A stretch of 64,000 nucleotides of DNA from Lama glama (Eukaryota): contig CM052816.1 in the NCBI GenBank assembly GCA_028534125.1, positions 98,334,001 through 98,398,000 on the forward strand, written 5' to 3'. The position numbers and the translations under genes were made by a program. Every line of letters begins with the position of its first letter. Within the stretch, counting starts at the first letter, position 1. The notes under the pieces are model-generated. The model had not been told where the DNA came from. It saw only the letters and a list, made by a program, of their open reading frames with translations, and searched no databases. This document shows, one piece after another, positions 49,373 through 62,195 of the stretch.

Positions 49373-52300
49373 TATTGCAAGTCTTTAATATCTTTACCTT
49401 GACTAAACGTGGTTCCCCTCTACATGATTAAATTACACATTCAAGGTGTCCACGGTATAGCTGATCCCTTCTTAAGTATAAGATGCCCGTGTTCCCATCT
49501 CTCGGCATGTTTCTTGCCCCATTGTTTCCCTGTGGAGCTGGCACAGATAATCTTTGCCTTAAGTTTATTATGCAACTTTGAAGTGATTAAATTTAAGGAT
49601 ATGACAATTTTTAATTCATTTCACCTACATATTTGTGCCTTGTAATGGTTCTAATGTTCTATACATATTTTATACATTATTTCAACCCTAAGGCATATTT
49701 CTGTCAATTTAATTTGAAGTTACCTTTTTAAAAGACACTCTGAGGATTTTTCATGCTATAAAATTTAACTTAGTTTGACAATTAGTCATCTCCTCATAGG
49801 AGCTGCATTTCGGTAGGTTTTAAGAATGTATTCAAATGTCTTTCATACCATGGTATGTTTTATTAGGAAAACTATACATTCTGACTTGTCACCTTTATCT
49901 GCTTGCCAAGACAGTGGAGCCCAGCCTCATGCCAGATTCCATCTTGGAGACGTGCACTAATGTGTCTCTCAGGCCCCTTCTCAGAGCATGATGGGGTTGG
50001 CAGGACACCCAGAGCTGGTCTTTGAGCTGTTTGCCAGCAGACCCAGTCCTCAAACCTTCCCTGTGCTCATCTACAGCACAGAAATATTGCGGGACGGGCT
50101 GCAAGGCCCAGGCCTCTTGTCAGCGGATTCCTGCTGGTTTGGACAATGACTGAAACTGGAGGGAGACTGAAGGCAAGGAGGGAGGAAGGCACAGGGCAAG
50201 GAATTTCTTCCCATCTACCTTGGATCCTGTCCACCCTCATCACTACCTCTGTAATCTCATACTTTTCTCTCTGACTCAAGCTCTTGCTGGAAATTTCCAC
50301 CCTGGTGTTTTTTTTCCTGCATCATGACCTCAGCCCCTGGCCCTGGTCGCACTACTTACTCCCAGCCTCCAGCCTTGAGAAATCACGTATTGATTCATCT
50401 CTGTTACATCACTGCTCCCATTTAGCTTCGTAGCTCTTGCATTGCTGTGCAAACGACTCCCTAGATTAAGTTCCCTGTGTTTTGAACTGTAGAGCAGTTT
50501 CTTTTTATATGGACAGCCCTGGACTGATGCCCGTGTCTTATCCCTGGACACGGACAGATGAAACTAAAGGTGCTTGGAGGGAGCTTGGAGGAGCTGAAGT
50601 CGATAAAATACAGACGTCTCAAATAAATTGCACAAGCAAGGGAAGCTTGTAATGAATAGCACAACACAAAGTTTGGAGCCAACCGAGATTTTTCACAAAG
50701 CCAGGGAAGACAAGAGCAAGAAACATCGGTCCAAATAGACAAATGAGAAAGTGTGTGTTTGTACACAGGGATGTGGGTGCTCGCCAGCCTCTAGGACCTT
50801 GGAGACTCCAGCCAGACACGATGCAATGAGGCATCCACTTCAGCGCATCGTGGGCAGAGTCATCCAGCATCCTTAAGAGAGGTGGGTATCGCTCAGACGG
50901 CATCGCGTGGTGGTCCTGAGAAAGCACCTTTGTCCATTGTCTTGTTGCTGTGCTTGAAACGTCACCCTTTGGGAATCACCAGACTTCTGAATATACCCCC
51001 AGAAACCGTGGTGCTATGACATGCTTTCTGTCACTGCTTTGACGAGAGTTAGAAAGTCATTTTATAAAAGAAAAGAAAAATAAATAAAACTCAGAATGAG
51101 ATTTTCTTGTAGAGGAGCCAGAAATGACCTGGAAAAGATTATGCAGCTAATGGGTCATGATCCCAAGAAGAGAGTTAGAGGGATCTATGTGTGGAATTAG
51201 AAAAACAAATACAAACGGTGTCTTTTTCATGATGCTGCCCATAGCTCATGAGCCATGCGGAGGATGAGCACATGAACCCCCACACTCGACTGCCAGGGAA
51301 AGAACAACAATTTAATGGAAACTTATATTCACAAGTCTTCTATTGTTTTTTCTTGTATAGATCTTTTAACTGTCAGATTTGGCATTTCTTTTTGAAGTTA
51401 AAGAATTATTTTGACTTTCAGTTGCCAATAACCGACGCTGAATTCTCTGAAGGGAGTAGAGCTAGCAATGAACATGTCTGTATGACCAACGTGACGGTTA
51501 GGATGGCAGCCACATGAAGCCTTAGACTAGTTTCTCACGGGTTTTTAATCATTTTTTTAAAAAACACTGCCATAGTAATTAAACGGACGGTAGTTGGAAA
51601 TACATACACACACCGACACATGTATATTATATTTTTGCATTTCAAACTGCTCCTCAATAACTTGAACAGGCTACAGCAGCAAAGTGGAGTTTAACCAGAT
51701 TCCGGGTCCCCTTCCTTCAGGTTAGGCTGAGACCCACGAAACCACCTCTTAGTGTGGCTGCGAGGACCGTGGCTTCCCCTTTGCTTCACAGAGAACGTCT
51801 GGCACAGAAAAGTGTTTTCCTGCCTTACTTGCTTTGCGTCTTTATTTTCAACCTCTGTAAAACTGCAGGTAAGCCTGATTTCACGGCAGATGCTCACCGC
51901 GGAAGCACTGGGGACACTTAGATTGGTGCGCTTCATCATTATACAGAACAGTTGCAAATCTTAAATGAGCACGTCAATTATTCATGAGTCTAAGGTCCTG
52001 AATGCCAACGATAAATTATTAATCAGCAGATGTAAATATTTTAAAACCCTGGTGAGAAACACATTCTGTGAAAGCATTTCTGCAGCAGGGTGGATAAACA
52101 CCAATTTTTACAGCAAAGGGTGGTGGTTGCATAACAGTATTTATTCAGAACTCCACATAATAGGGTTAAGCATGTGATCCGGAAGCGTTTTTCATTCTGC
52201 CCTTATCACACGGCGACCGTTTTCAGTGCCACCACCATTAATCCAATGGGCTTAACCTTTGCAACAACCAAATCTATATTTGAGTTTTTTTTAATCTTGA

Positions 52301-52399
52301 ATCATCTCTGCAATTTCTTTTCATTTTTATCTTGAATTAAGATAATTGTATTTTAGGTGACTTAAAAAGATGTTCCATTCTATCCAACGTTTTGTTATG

Positions 52400-52720
52400 G
52401 AGTAAAGATTCTTTCCCCCTATTTCTGTGCCTTTAACTTTCCTTATCCTCTGGCGGAGCTGCCCTTTTCCCCTTCTCTGCCCGTTCCATTTCACTCAATC
52501 TTAGAGTTTCGACGTCTCGGCTTTGCCTCTGTGAGTATTTCCTTGTACCTCTCAGTGGGAGTGAACCACCCCTCCCAATTATTTTATTTCAGTTTCCCCA
52601 AGTGAAGTGTAAACTCGGTGAGGACTGCCTCTTCTTTACCTCCACGCAACTGCAGTGCGTGGCCCACGCTGCACACAGAAGTGGCTCAGATAAATATTTG
52701 CTGAATCCTGCTAGATGAAC
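52400..52720 (+). mobile_element. L2 3'-end fragment
   Basis: 'tgtaaactcggtgagga..cacacagaagtggctcagataaatatttgctgaat'. Confidence 0.6.
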
Positions 52721-52811
52721 GCTCGGGTAAGTGAAGGAACGCATTCCACACATCCTCAGTTTGCAAGTTCCCGCGTTCAACCCAATAAGAGGTTTTGTTC
52801 CTCCTTTTCCT

Positions 52812-52980
52812 AGGAAGCAGCATGTCCTAGTGATTAAGAGCCTCAGCATCCAAGCCAGAATAGACGTGGGTGGCGTTTGACTGTCCTTAGTGGGCTGCTG
52901 TGAGATTTAAATGAAATGGTCTGAGAGAAACACAGTGCTGGTCGTAGTAGGTGCTTGAGAAGTTGTAGTGATTGTTGCCT
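52812..52980 (+). mobile_element. MIR, internally deleted
   Basis: 5' 'ggaagcagcatgtcctagtgattaagagc' joined to 3' 'gggctgctgtgagatttaaatga..cacagtgctgg..tagtaggtgctt'. Confidence 0.7.
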
Positions 52981-53385
52981 GTGCACTGTTGTTACCATTG
53001 CTGTGAAAGCACATTTAGGGTAACAACCAAAATAACAGATACCCACTGAGTCACTCAGATCTGGCTGTCCTGAGGCCCCAGCGCTGCTAAATTCCTCACC
53101 TAACTTGTGCTCCCTCCAGCATCGGCGGAGACCTTCAAGTCTAACTCACCTTTGTTGCAGAAACAAACAAAACCCCAATTGGATACCTTGAAATGCAACC
53201 TAAACATTCTGCTGGGCTAAATCTGGAATTTCCACAACAATTTTCTCACTCTTTCTCATTGTTAAAAGATGTAGTACCTTACATGAGGAAGAAAAATAAA
53301 AAACTGGAGTTAATGATATTTGTCTTTGTCTTATCAATAATACAAAGGTTAAGTACAAATTGAGTTTTTAAAAAAAGGTTGTGGT

Positions 53386-53630
53386 GAGGTGGAGAGTGTC
53401 GTTCAGCAGTTGAGAATGGAGACCCTGGGTTGGAATCCAGCTCTGTCACTCACCGGCAGGGTGACCCCAGGTCATTCCTGAACATTTAGAGCCTCCACTT
53501 CCTCATTGTTAGAAATGGAAGCTAATATTCATTTTCGCTTAGGAGGACTCTTGGAGGATGAACTGAGCAAAGTGATTAGAACAGATCTTGGTGTGTGGTG
53601 TGTGCTACGCAAATATTAGCTTTGTGATTT
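53386..53630 (+). mobile_element. MIR SINE, near full length
   Basis: 'cctgggttggaatccagctctgtcactcacc..gtgacc..gagcctccacttcctcatt..aaatgg..ttagaacag..caaatattagct'. Confidence 0.85.
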
Positions 53631-55869
53631 TTAATAACTCTCGAGTTCACAGACAGGAATTTTTTTTTTTCGTGGACCAAGCTGGATAATACCAATTTGG
53701 ATCCAAGGGCTTTTAAATTCCATTCAATCTTTGCCAAAATGCTACCGAGATCTTTTTAAAAGTAGGAAAAGCCTTCTGACTGCTCAAATTCCCAGTTGTA
53801 AAGGGGAAGGTTGATTTTAGGAGAACACCCCATCTTCACAACCTGAACACAGATGCACTCATACTGACTGCCTTCCACAGGGTCCTTTATTGCCAAGCTG
53901 ATGAAAATCTTGGTCTCTGTCTCATAACACAGTTGGTCTAGTTTAGCATAAAATAATATTTTCTAATATTTAATTTAGAACTTAAATTTTCCCACAAAAT
54001 TTTCAGTTAAGTTGAACATCCATAAAGCTGCAGAAACAAGCCAGTCGTCTGTTTTCCAGCAGAACCAACTTGATCAAACCCCTTCAACCTGAACCTGACC
54101 TTCATCAAAGGGGCAACTCTCTAACAGCACCCTCTGATGTGTGCACAACGCTGTTAGCTGTGAGACTCATTACATTGCTAAGGAATCTGCGAAGTTTCCT
54201 CCAACAAATCCCCTCAGAGGGTGAGGTCAAGAATTTTTTTTTTTTTTTGATTTAGATAAACTGGTTTCTCCCTGAGACAGCTGGCGCAGGCTCTGCCCCG
54301 CTATCGCTCAACGCGTCTCAGGTTCCCCAGCGCCTGCTCACCCCTTGGCTTTGGTGCTATTTCCATCCCTGCTGGATTTGCACTACCTTCGTTTTGTACT
54401 GGTTGATTCATGCTTATCCAGTTCTCAAAGGAAGTGCCGTTAGGTCACTTTTTAATATTTAATCTTTTCAAATAGTCAAAATAATTCTGGAAAACACTCC
54501 TTAGTGTAAGTCTGTTCCAGACTCTGCATAGTTTAAAGAGAATAGAATTGTGGAGACCAACACAAGGAAATATTTAGAGCCACAAGCCGTGGAAAGCTGG
54601 AGCGCTGAGCCTGCTTCTGTGTGCTGATGACAAGAAAAAACTAGAATTATAATAAATGTCCCTCCTCTGGCTTAATATAGAGATGCTTGATTTAAGGATA
54701 TCGATTCTGGGCTACCACCTGAGACTAAGTAGAAAATAGCATCTGATATATTAAGCTCCTGTCTCTCTATGTGGCTAAGTAGCAGGTGGCAGCTTTGAAT
54801 CAATAGTCTGTGCTCACACTGGAAATTCATAACAGACTTGGCTGGGAGGTCATATGTGGGCAGCAATGCACTTCTGTAATCCTCTTTGTGGTCCTCACCT
54901 CTGCTGCCACTGATGACCTTGGTCCCCAGAAATATGCCACGATTCAGTCTGGTTAATACAGTTTTTTTTCCCCAAAAAACCAATAAAGCACATTGTCATA
55001 GTTCTTTCTGAGTAGATAGGGGGCATGGTTCCTATGAAGACAGATTTAGCTAATCGTTTTTTTTTTTTAGGGGAGAAGAAAAATCACAAAATATTTGCGA
55101 ACGATTTGGCTGACAATGCAGGTAGTGAAAACATGTTTTTCTTAAGTGTGATATTAATCTGGAAAATTACCAAGATTATGGACTGCAGAAGAGCTAAGCC
55201 TGGCTCCCTCCACCCAGGTCAGGCTGCTCGAACAGTGAACAAGGCATCCCACGTACAGGCAAATCCTGGCACCCACAGGGTATCTGAAAAGATAAAATAT
55301 GAAGGAGGGTTTACCTCAGCGCCTTCTTACCCCAGCTCCCCCAGGCTTAGATGGTTCACGCCTGCCCAATTGCAAGACTGGAAAAATCAAAAGGAATATT
55401 AATATTTATAAAGAGACATTTCCATCAAAGGTCAAGAAAAGAGGCTGTGAGGAGGATTCAGGGCTTTGGTGTTCTCAAAAGATATGAAAGGCCACTTTGA
55501 ATATAGATGTTTCTCCCTCCACCAAACAAGACCTGATGTGCTCGAGACGAGGCCAAGACACCACCATCAGCCCTGTTTGCCTCGTACTTGCAGTACGGTC
55601 TGGCGTGAGCTGCCAGTGCTCACAGCCTGTGAAGGACTTCAGAGCAGTAACCAAGCTGTGCTTTTCTGCAGTTTCTCCACCTGTAAAAGTACACAATGGG
55701 GCTGGGGGTGATAGAAAGAACAAGATACTTCTATCTATTTTTCAAGCATGCTCTTCTGTCAATGCTGAAATTCTTTCCAATAAAAAAGCGCCAACAGCAG
55801 CATCAGCATCTCCAGCGCCACCTGTGTACCTGCTCTCACACGCATCCGTGAACCCAAGTCTGCACAGCA

Positions 55870-56351
55870 GCTGCTCCAGCCAAATGTGGTCGCCGGTCTC
55901 CTCTCTTCCTCTCACCCCCATATCCAGCCTATCTCTGGGGTCAAAGCACATCTGGATTCTGACCAGTGGTCACCACCCTCATTGCTGCCCTCTGCCCACA
56001 TCTCCATCATCCCCTAATGGGTCACTCCTCTGGCCCTGCCTGCCTTTCTGCTTCTGTCCTGTGACCACTGGTTCCCAACTCAGAGTCAGAGCTATCCCCT
56101 CAAAATGAGGATCAGATCACATCACCCTCCCAGATGCCCTCAGATGCTCCTCATCTCACTCTGGGGGGGGGGGAACCGAAGTCTTTAGGTTGGCCACAAA
56201 GGTCCCCATGCGACCTGGCCCTTGCAAGGCCCTCGGTACCCTCACCACTGCCTGCGGGCACAGAGGGTCCTTGTCTTTTCTGCCAAGTACACTCCCTGCC
56301 CCAGGGCTCTTGCACGTGCAGTTCTTTGCGCTTTGTGTGCTCCCTCCTCAG

Positions 56352-56354
<3 letters not shown>
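55870..56354 (+). mobile_element. L2 fragment
   Basis: 'ctcacccccatatcca..tcagatcacatcaccctcc..catctcactc..aaggtcccca..ccagggctcttgcacgtgcagttc'. Confidence 0.7.
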
Positions 56355-56415
<61 letters not shown>

Positions 56416-56444
56416 AGAGAGAGAGAGAGAGGGAGGGAGGGAGG
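56355..56444. repeat. Compound microsatellite (TG)29-TAC-(AG)8-(GGAG)n
   Basis: Counted directly: TG run 56355-56412, AG run 56416-56431. Confidence 0.97.
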
Positions 56445-56767
56445 CAACACTCCGTTAAACAGTTTCTGTCTCCTTGAGGCATATGCTGACCACCACACAA
56501 AAGAGCAACTGTCCCTGGAAACTTACCTGTTCGGGTCCCGGGCAGTTATCAACATCTGACACGTCTGCTGGTTGTCATTTGTGGTCATTTGGAACGATAC
56601 ATCCCTAGTGCAGGCAGGAGTACCTGAACAAAATAGGTAGTTATTATGGGTTCCGAGAAAAAGTAGGATTATAAGTGGAATAGATATTTTTTCTAAACAG
56701 ACCATAGGTCATTTAGAAAAATGATCATTCCATAAAGAAACTTGCAGTGTGGCAATACAATGTTATT

Positions 56768-56872
56768 ATGTGTGTGTGCATGTGTACATGTCATGTGTGT
56801 GAATACGTGTGTGTGTGGGTGCATACATATATATTCATGTACGTGTATACTTGTCTGCGTGCATGTGTGTAT
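56768..56872. repeat. Degenerate (TG/TA)n low-complexity tract
   Basis: atgtgtgtgtgcatgtgtacatg..gtgtgtgtgtgggtgcatacatatat..gcatgtgtgtat. Confidence 0.7.
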
Positions 56873-57369
56873 AACTTCATGATGATAAATACCTGAAAGA
56901 ATTGTCATTTTATAATTTTCTGACTTCACACCTATGTTTGAACAATCCTTCTAGGATGTGTTATAATTATGTTTTAACAGCCCTTAAAATCTTTTTCAGA
57001 ATGATCTAAGTTTATTTCTGATCAAATCTTTTATCTGGTTTGATGAACACACTTGACTACACATGAGGTATGAAGGACTCAGTGGATACGGAATATTATC
57101 TTTGTACTTGCCTCTTTGTCTTTGGCCAAATGCTGCATTCTGCTGTCCGAATGCCTTGCTGTAAATCCAGACAAATGCAATGAGAATGACTACGCCTCCT
57201 TCTCTGATGGCCTGCCCTATGAGGAACCCCTTTACCTTGCAGATTTCACTTGCCCTACAACATAGCCGACCCCATCGGCAAACCTAACAGGTGAGACCCC
57301 CTCCCCCGCCATGAACTGGAGGGAAAAGGCAGCCTTAGAGCAAATCATGATCATTGATAAGAAGTAAAT

Positions 57370-57900
57370 GAGAGCCTGAGTTAAAGGAGGAACACACTTC
57401 GGAGGGAGAGGGTCTGGGAAGACTTTTTTGAGTAAATTACATTTAAACTGGGACTTGAGGAATGATAAGGAAATAGCAACTCAAAAGACAGGGGAGAGAT
57501 GTGCGGGTTCTTCAGGGAGAGGCAATGACATGCCCTGCGTCACGAGGGAGCTCAGGAGGAACCTGGGGCTGGGGACAGACCAACGTGATGTGAGCGGATG
57601 AGGTGGGGAAGATGAAGGCAAGTGAAGATGATGTCACCCAGATTCCTACGGGGGCTGTTTTATTCTAAGCACAATATAAAACCTGTGAAAAGTTTTAAGG
57701 TAAGTAAAATGAACTGATTTATATCTCGAGAAGATTGCCTGGTGTGTGGAGAATATGTTGAACAAAGCAAATTAAAAAAAAAAACATGATACAGAAGACA
57801 CAGGAGCTTCCACCAACAGGCTGAGTGAAGGATGGGCGGGGTGAAAGCAGAAGATTGGAAATGGAAAGTTTTAAGACACAAGCTGAGGAAACTGAATTTG
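57370..57900 (-). mobile_element. L2 fragment
   Basis: 'ctgggaagacttt..acatttaaactgggacttga..cagggagaggcaatgacatg..tttattctaag..aaagttttaag..gaagattgcctgg..tgtggagaat'. Confidence 0.65.
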
Positions 57901-57944
57901 GTGACCATAGTACATGGAGAGAAGATCTGCTTCCCCCTTCCAGC

Positions 57945-58852
57945 ACATTTCTGGACACTGTTACATCTCAAACTCAATATTTTCAGTGTGGACCTCTAGA
58001 CTTTCCCATCCCTAAAACCCAGTGCGTCCCAAACTGCCTCATCTCAGTAAACAGAATCACCCTTTATCCTGCTGCTCAACCCAAACGTTTCGAGTTCACC
58101 ATTACTCCTCTCCCTCAGTGTCCATGTCTCACCCACCTTCCCGTCCTGCTGGCCCCCCCCCCACCGAGGCCGCCCCTAGTTCCAGCCGCCGTGAACCCTG
58201 CCTGGGCTCCACAGTCCTTAGCTGCTCTCCTGTTCTGCTTCTCCATCCTGTTCGCCACACAGCATCCTGAATCAAGTTGTAAAATAAAATTAGATAAAAA
58301 TCAGAACATATGGCTCCTAAGCTCCAAACCACGCACTGGCTTTTTCTTCCCCCTACACCAGAGCCTAAAAGTCTAAGAGATCTGGGCTCCCCCTGACTCC
58401 CTAGCTTCCCCTCCCCCTCCCCCTCCCCAGCCGCTCTGGCTTCTAACTCCTCCTGAAGGCCCTCTCCATCCCGCCCTCCACCTCAGGGCTTCTCAGGGGT
58501 GCTCGCTCTCTTGGAGTGCTCTCCTGCCAGGTATCCGCATGGCCCTCTGCTCTTGTGGATGTCTGTCCACTAGCCATTCTGCAGGGAAGCTGCCCGAGAG
58601 AGCCCGCCTGAAGTAGCCCCAGTGTCTGCCACCCGCGTCCTCACTTTGCTTTTCATCGTGGTGTGCGGTCACTGCCTAAGGTCACGTTGCTTCCTCGCTA
58701 CCTGCTTTTCCCACCAGACCCTAAGCACCACAAGGGCAGATGAAGACGGACATGCTGTCTCTCGTGTTTACTGCTGTGTCCTCCACATCTAGAATAATTC
58801 CTAGCACTGAAGAGACATTAATCAATATTTACCAAATGAATGCATGAATAAA
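57945..58852 (+). mobile_element. L2 LINE 3' region, about 0.9 kb
   Basis: 'catctcaaactcaata..catctcagtaaa..cacc..tgctcaacccaaa..ccacctcagggc..tgtttactgctgtgtcc..tctagaa..cctagcac..caatatttaccaaatgaatgcatgaataaa'. Confidence 0.85.
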
Positions 58853-59070
58853 CTAGTGAACAGTCCCCGTGTTAAAATTCTGCTATAGTAGAGATGAGAG
58901 CATGTTAAACTCAGCCTCGAAATGATCCCATGCCACGTTGTGGAACTTGGAGCCATGAATCCACTCCACATTTCAATGTTTGAATACATTTGAACTTGTC
59001 TTCTGAAAAAAAAAATTTCTGGCCTTATAAACGGTGACCTTGTAAACTGACCGCATGCAGCAGTGAAGTG

Positions 59071-59247
59071 TAGGGCTGCCAGATCTAAACATAATGTCCA
59101 AAGAAATTTGAATTTTGGATAAACAGATTTTTTAGTGTTTACCACCTCATATTTGAGACATATTTATAATTAAACAATTCACTGCTTACTTGAAATTTAA
59201 ATTAATCTGAGGATCCTCTATTTTTACTTGCTAAATCTAGAAATTTA
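59071..59247. mobile_element. MER53-like palindromic non-autonomous DNA transposon
   Basis: Begins tagggctgccagat. Inverted arms 'aaatttgaattttggataaaca' and 'tgcttacttgaaatttaaatt'. Ends 'tttttacttgctaaatct'. Confidence 0.8.
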
Positions 59248-59589
59248 CTGAAACAGCCCTCCATCAAAGTGAAACACATCTTTCCTCACAACCGGCGCTT
59301 GGGCCGTCTGCAGCCCTGTCGTGGGACGCCTGCGCTTTAATTTCTTGCTCTAAGCCTCTGTTGGTAAGTGTCAGCTAGGCAAATTCTATCAAACCCCATT
59401 CAGACAGCTAGTATCCTGCAGAATGATTTAGAGGAAATGTTAACAATTTATTTTCCCGAGATGATTTAGTTTTCTCACTCTATTAAATGCATCACAAGCA
59501 CATGTTACACACTGGAATTCCATTTACTCTGGGTCTCAGCAGGATTACCTTCAAAGGGTGAATCACACTGTCCTGTGACACTGGCTGTG

Positions 59590-59990
59590 CTCACTGCTGC
59601 ACGGAGGCTGGACATCCTTGCCCTTCCCTCCAGACCTGTTCTGGGAGGTGGACCGTACCTACTGAGGGCCCCTTGTTCTCAGACGTCTTGTTGGGTTCAG
59701 CCAGGGAGGAGCCCCAGCAGCAGGTCTGTGGGTGGGAAGGGAGGGAAGGCAGGGTCTCGTCTCCCTTGGCATCCCTTCTGCAAGGAGACTTGTGCTGGTT
59801 GTGTGTTTCCACCGAGGGACGGAGCACCTCTCCAGGTGGCTCTTTCTGGATGACTCTGTTCTGGCTTCCAGTAACCATGGTCTCCCCCAACTCTTCACCC
59901 CTGCAGGTGGTAACTGACAGCCCCAGCGTTCAGGTGGCCCTGGAGCACTGCACACCCCACGGCTCCACCCAGCCACATCCCTCATCAAGC
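59590..59990 (+). mobile_element. ERVL LTR16C/E-like LTR
   Basis: 'ccccttgttctc..gttgggttcagccagggaggagccccagcagcaggtctgtgggtgggaagg..ctggcttccagtaacc..caggtggtaac'. Confidence 0.65.
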
Positions 59991-62134
59991 AATGTGATTC
60001 AGGGGAAGGAGCAGTAAAGACACTGGTTTGGACCAGACAGCTCTTTCCTGCTGGCTCCTGACGAGACAGTCTCCAAGTACCAGACACGGGGATACCTTTT
60101 CATTTTATCAGGCAGTTGACACGGAGGACATGGTTCATCACATGCACCCTCAGAATGGAACCGGGAAACAGCGCTTTCTGTGTAGGTCCTTCCTCTTCTC
60201 AGCCGGCCCTTCTGCAGTGCTGTATCAGTGTGTCTGTCTGTGCGGTGGAGGAGGACAATGGAAGAAGAGGAAACAAAAGGAAATAGATGGGGTCACCCTC
60301 AGGCTCTGCTGCGGGAGTGGGTGAGGGACGGTCAGGGGCTGTCTTATGCTTACATTTGAGTAAGCAGTTATTGAATAGTTAGCTAGAAAAATGGGTGAAA
60401 TCTGCATAACCCAGTATTTCGCCCTTTTCACCTCAACTACTAGGAAACTCAGAAGTGACTTTTCTTAGTTACTTGGTCACTTTTCTTAGGTCAGGTATTA
60501 AAATACAATTTCTGTTTTCTTTTAACTTCTTGTGATATGAATATCTGTGTGTGTTTATAGTGCAAGTTTCCCTGTATTTCTTTTTCTGGGTCAGCTATCC
60601 TGCTGTCTCTTTCCAGGTTAGGACAGGGTCTGTATTAGCGCAGGCAGGAAGTTACTAAACCCTTTCCTCGCACCGATTGGGAACACAGAGCTCCTGGGAT
60701 GACTCCACTTTTTTCCTGCTGGTTTTTCCTTCTCTCCCTCTCCTCCTCTACCTGTGGTGTAATTTTATTATGAGGGTCTTTTTCCAACAAGTGCCAACAG
60801 GAGTGTGCATTTACTGCTGCTACTCCCTGTAAACTCTTTCTAGTGGGTAAGGGGTACCCCAGGGATGGTTGGTGAGGATGGATAAAGAGACAGGGTTTCC
60901 CAAGGCTAAACATGCCTCAGGAAGGCCCTGGGTTGTCCTTCCTGCCCTGGGCTGACCACAGCAATATTCAACCTTCCCTCAAAGAGATGTTTCAACCCCC
61001 ATGTTCCCTTCAAAGTCTCCCGTGTTCAAGGGAATGCCCCCTGCCTTGCTCCACCCCTCCACACCGGCTGGGTCAAGGGGGTGGTGGCCTTGTGCTCCAG
61101 GTCTTCCGTCCGGCACCCCAGTCTGAAAAGTGAGTCAGACAGCTGGTGCCTCCCCAGTTCTGCGTGTCCTGCTTCCCATTTCCACAAGGCCACCCCTGTG
61201 ACCTGGACTCTGTGTTCATCTATGGCACCCAGCCTTGGGCCTCGTCTTTACTTCCTACATGTGTAATTCCTGGTTTTGACCCTCCATCTACACCTTATGT
61301 TTCATAAGTTGTCTCTCCACATTCTCATTCACAGACACCTTGAAAAGTAACGTGAAAATTTAAGGTTTTAATACATTTTTTAGGAAGATGAGGAAGAGGA
61401 GTTTTCTTTAGAAACAAGATTGTTAATGCATCATTTTTAAAGAGCGAAACTGTGAAACATTTTTAAGACAGTTTTAAAATGTTTTAAATGCTGAAGAATT
61501 ATTTTTATGGTTTAAATGCTTTAAACATTTGCAATGATAAATAATTATAAATGTTGACATTCATAATTATATAAAACTGCTTGCATTTTTTCTGAAACTT
61601 CCATTAATTGAGTTTGTGTTTACCAAGGTAGGAGAAATAAATTGGCTAAAATCCAGAGCTCCTTCCGTCCCTCCGACTCCTTGGTGTTGGCCGTCTTCTG
61701 TGTCTGTCAGCGCCACAGTTCAGCTGGGAGGAGCCAGCTCTGCAGCAGCATCCTGAGGAGTCTGCTTTGTGGAGGGTGGTCCGTCAGACACTCAGAGACT
61801 AAGACACGGCTTCAAGAAAATCAAAGAAAAAGATTCCATAGGATCCTTGTTTACCTCTGAGTCAAGGCCATCAAGTCCTTGCTGAATGAAGCCAAAGTTC
61901 TAAACAAGTTTACTCAAACTTCAGATTTAAAAAAGTTATGGGCTCATTTATAAATATTCAGTATTCTGACGAATTTCCAAAATGCTGGCTTATATTGCTC
62001 CTTGTGTATAAAACTTCTTTATGTGTTCATTTAAATAACTTCCTTTATAAAGTGTCTTTTTACTTAATTAGAAAGTACAGAAAGGTGTAGTGACCTCATC
62101 ACTCATTACGATTTTTAATATTTTAAATTAAAAT

Positions 62135-62195
62135 CTGAACATAGCATTGTAAATCAACTAGACTTCAATAAAAATAAATTAATTAAAAAATTAAA
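62135..62195 (+). mobile_element. Extreme 3' tip of an L1 with A-rich tail
   Basis: 'ctgaacatagcattgtaaatcaactagacttcaataaaaataaaattaattaaaaaa', close to the reverse complement of the start of the 9.6 kb copy. Confidence 0.75.

Noticed and set aside
55497..56559. 203-aa and 141-aa ORFs
   Set aside because: They run through an L2 remnant and the (TG)n microsatellite (VCVCVC...).
60590..60622. Possible recursive splice site (pyrimidine tract CAG|GTTAGG)
   Set aside because: The regenerated donor is weak and there is no established host intron.
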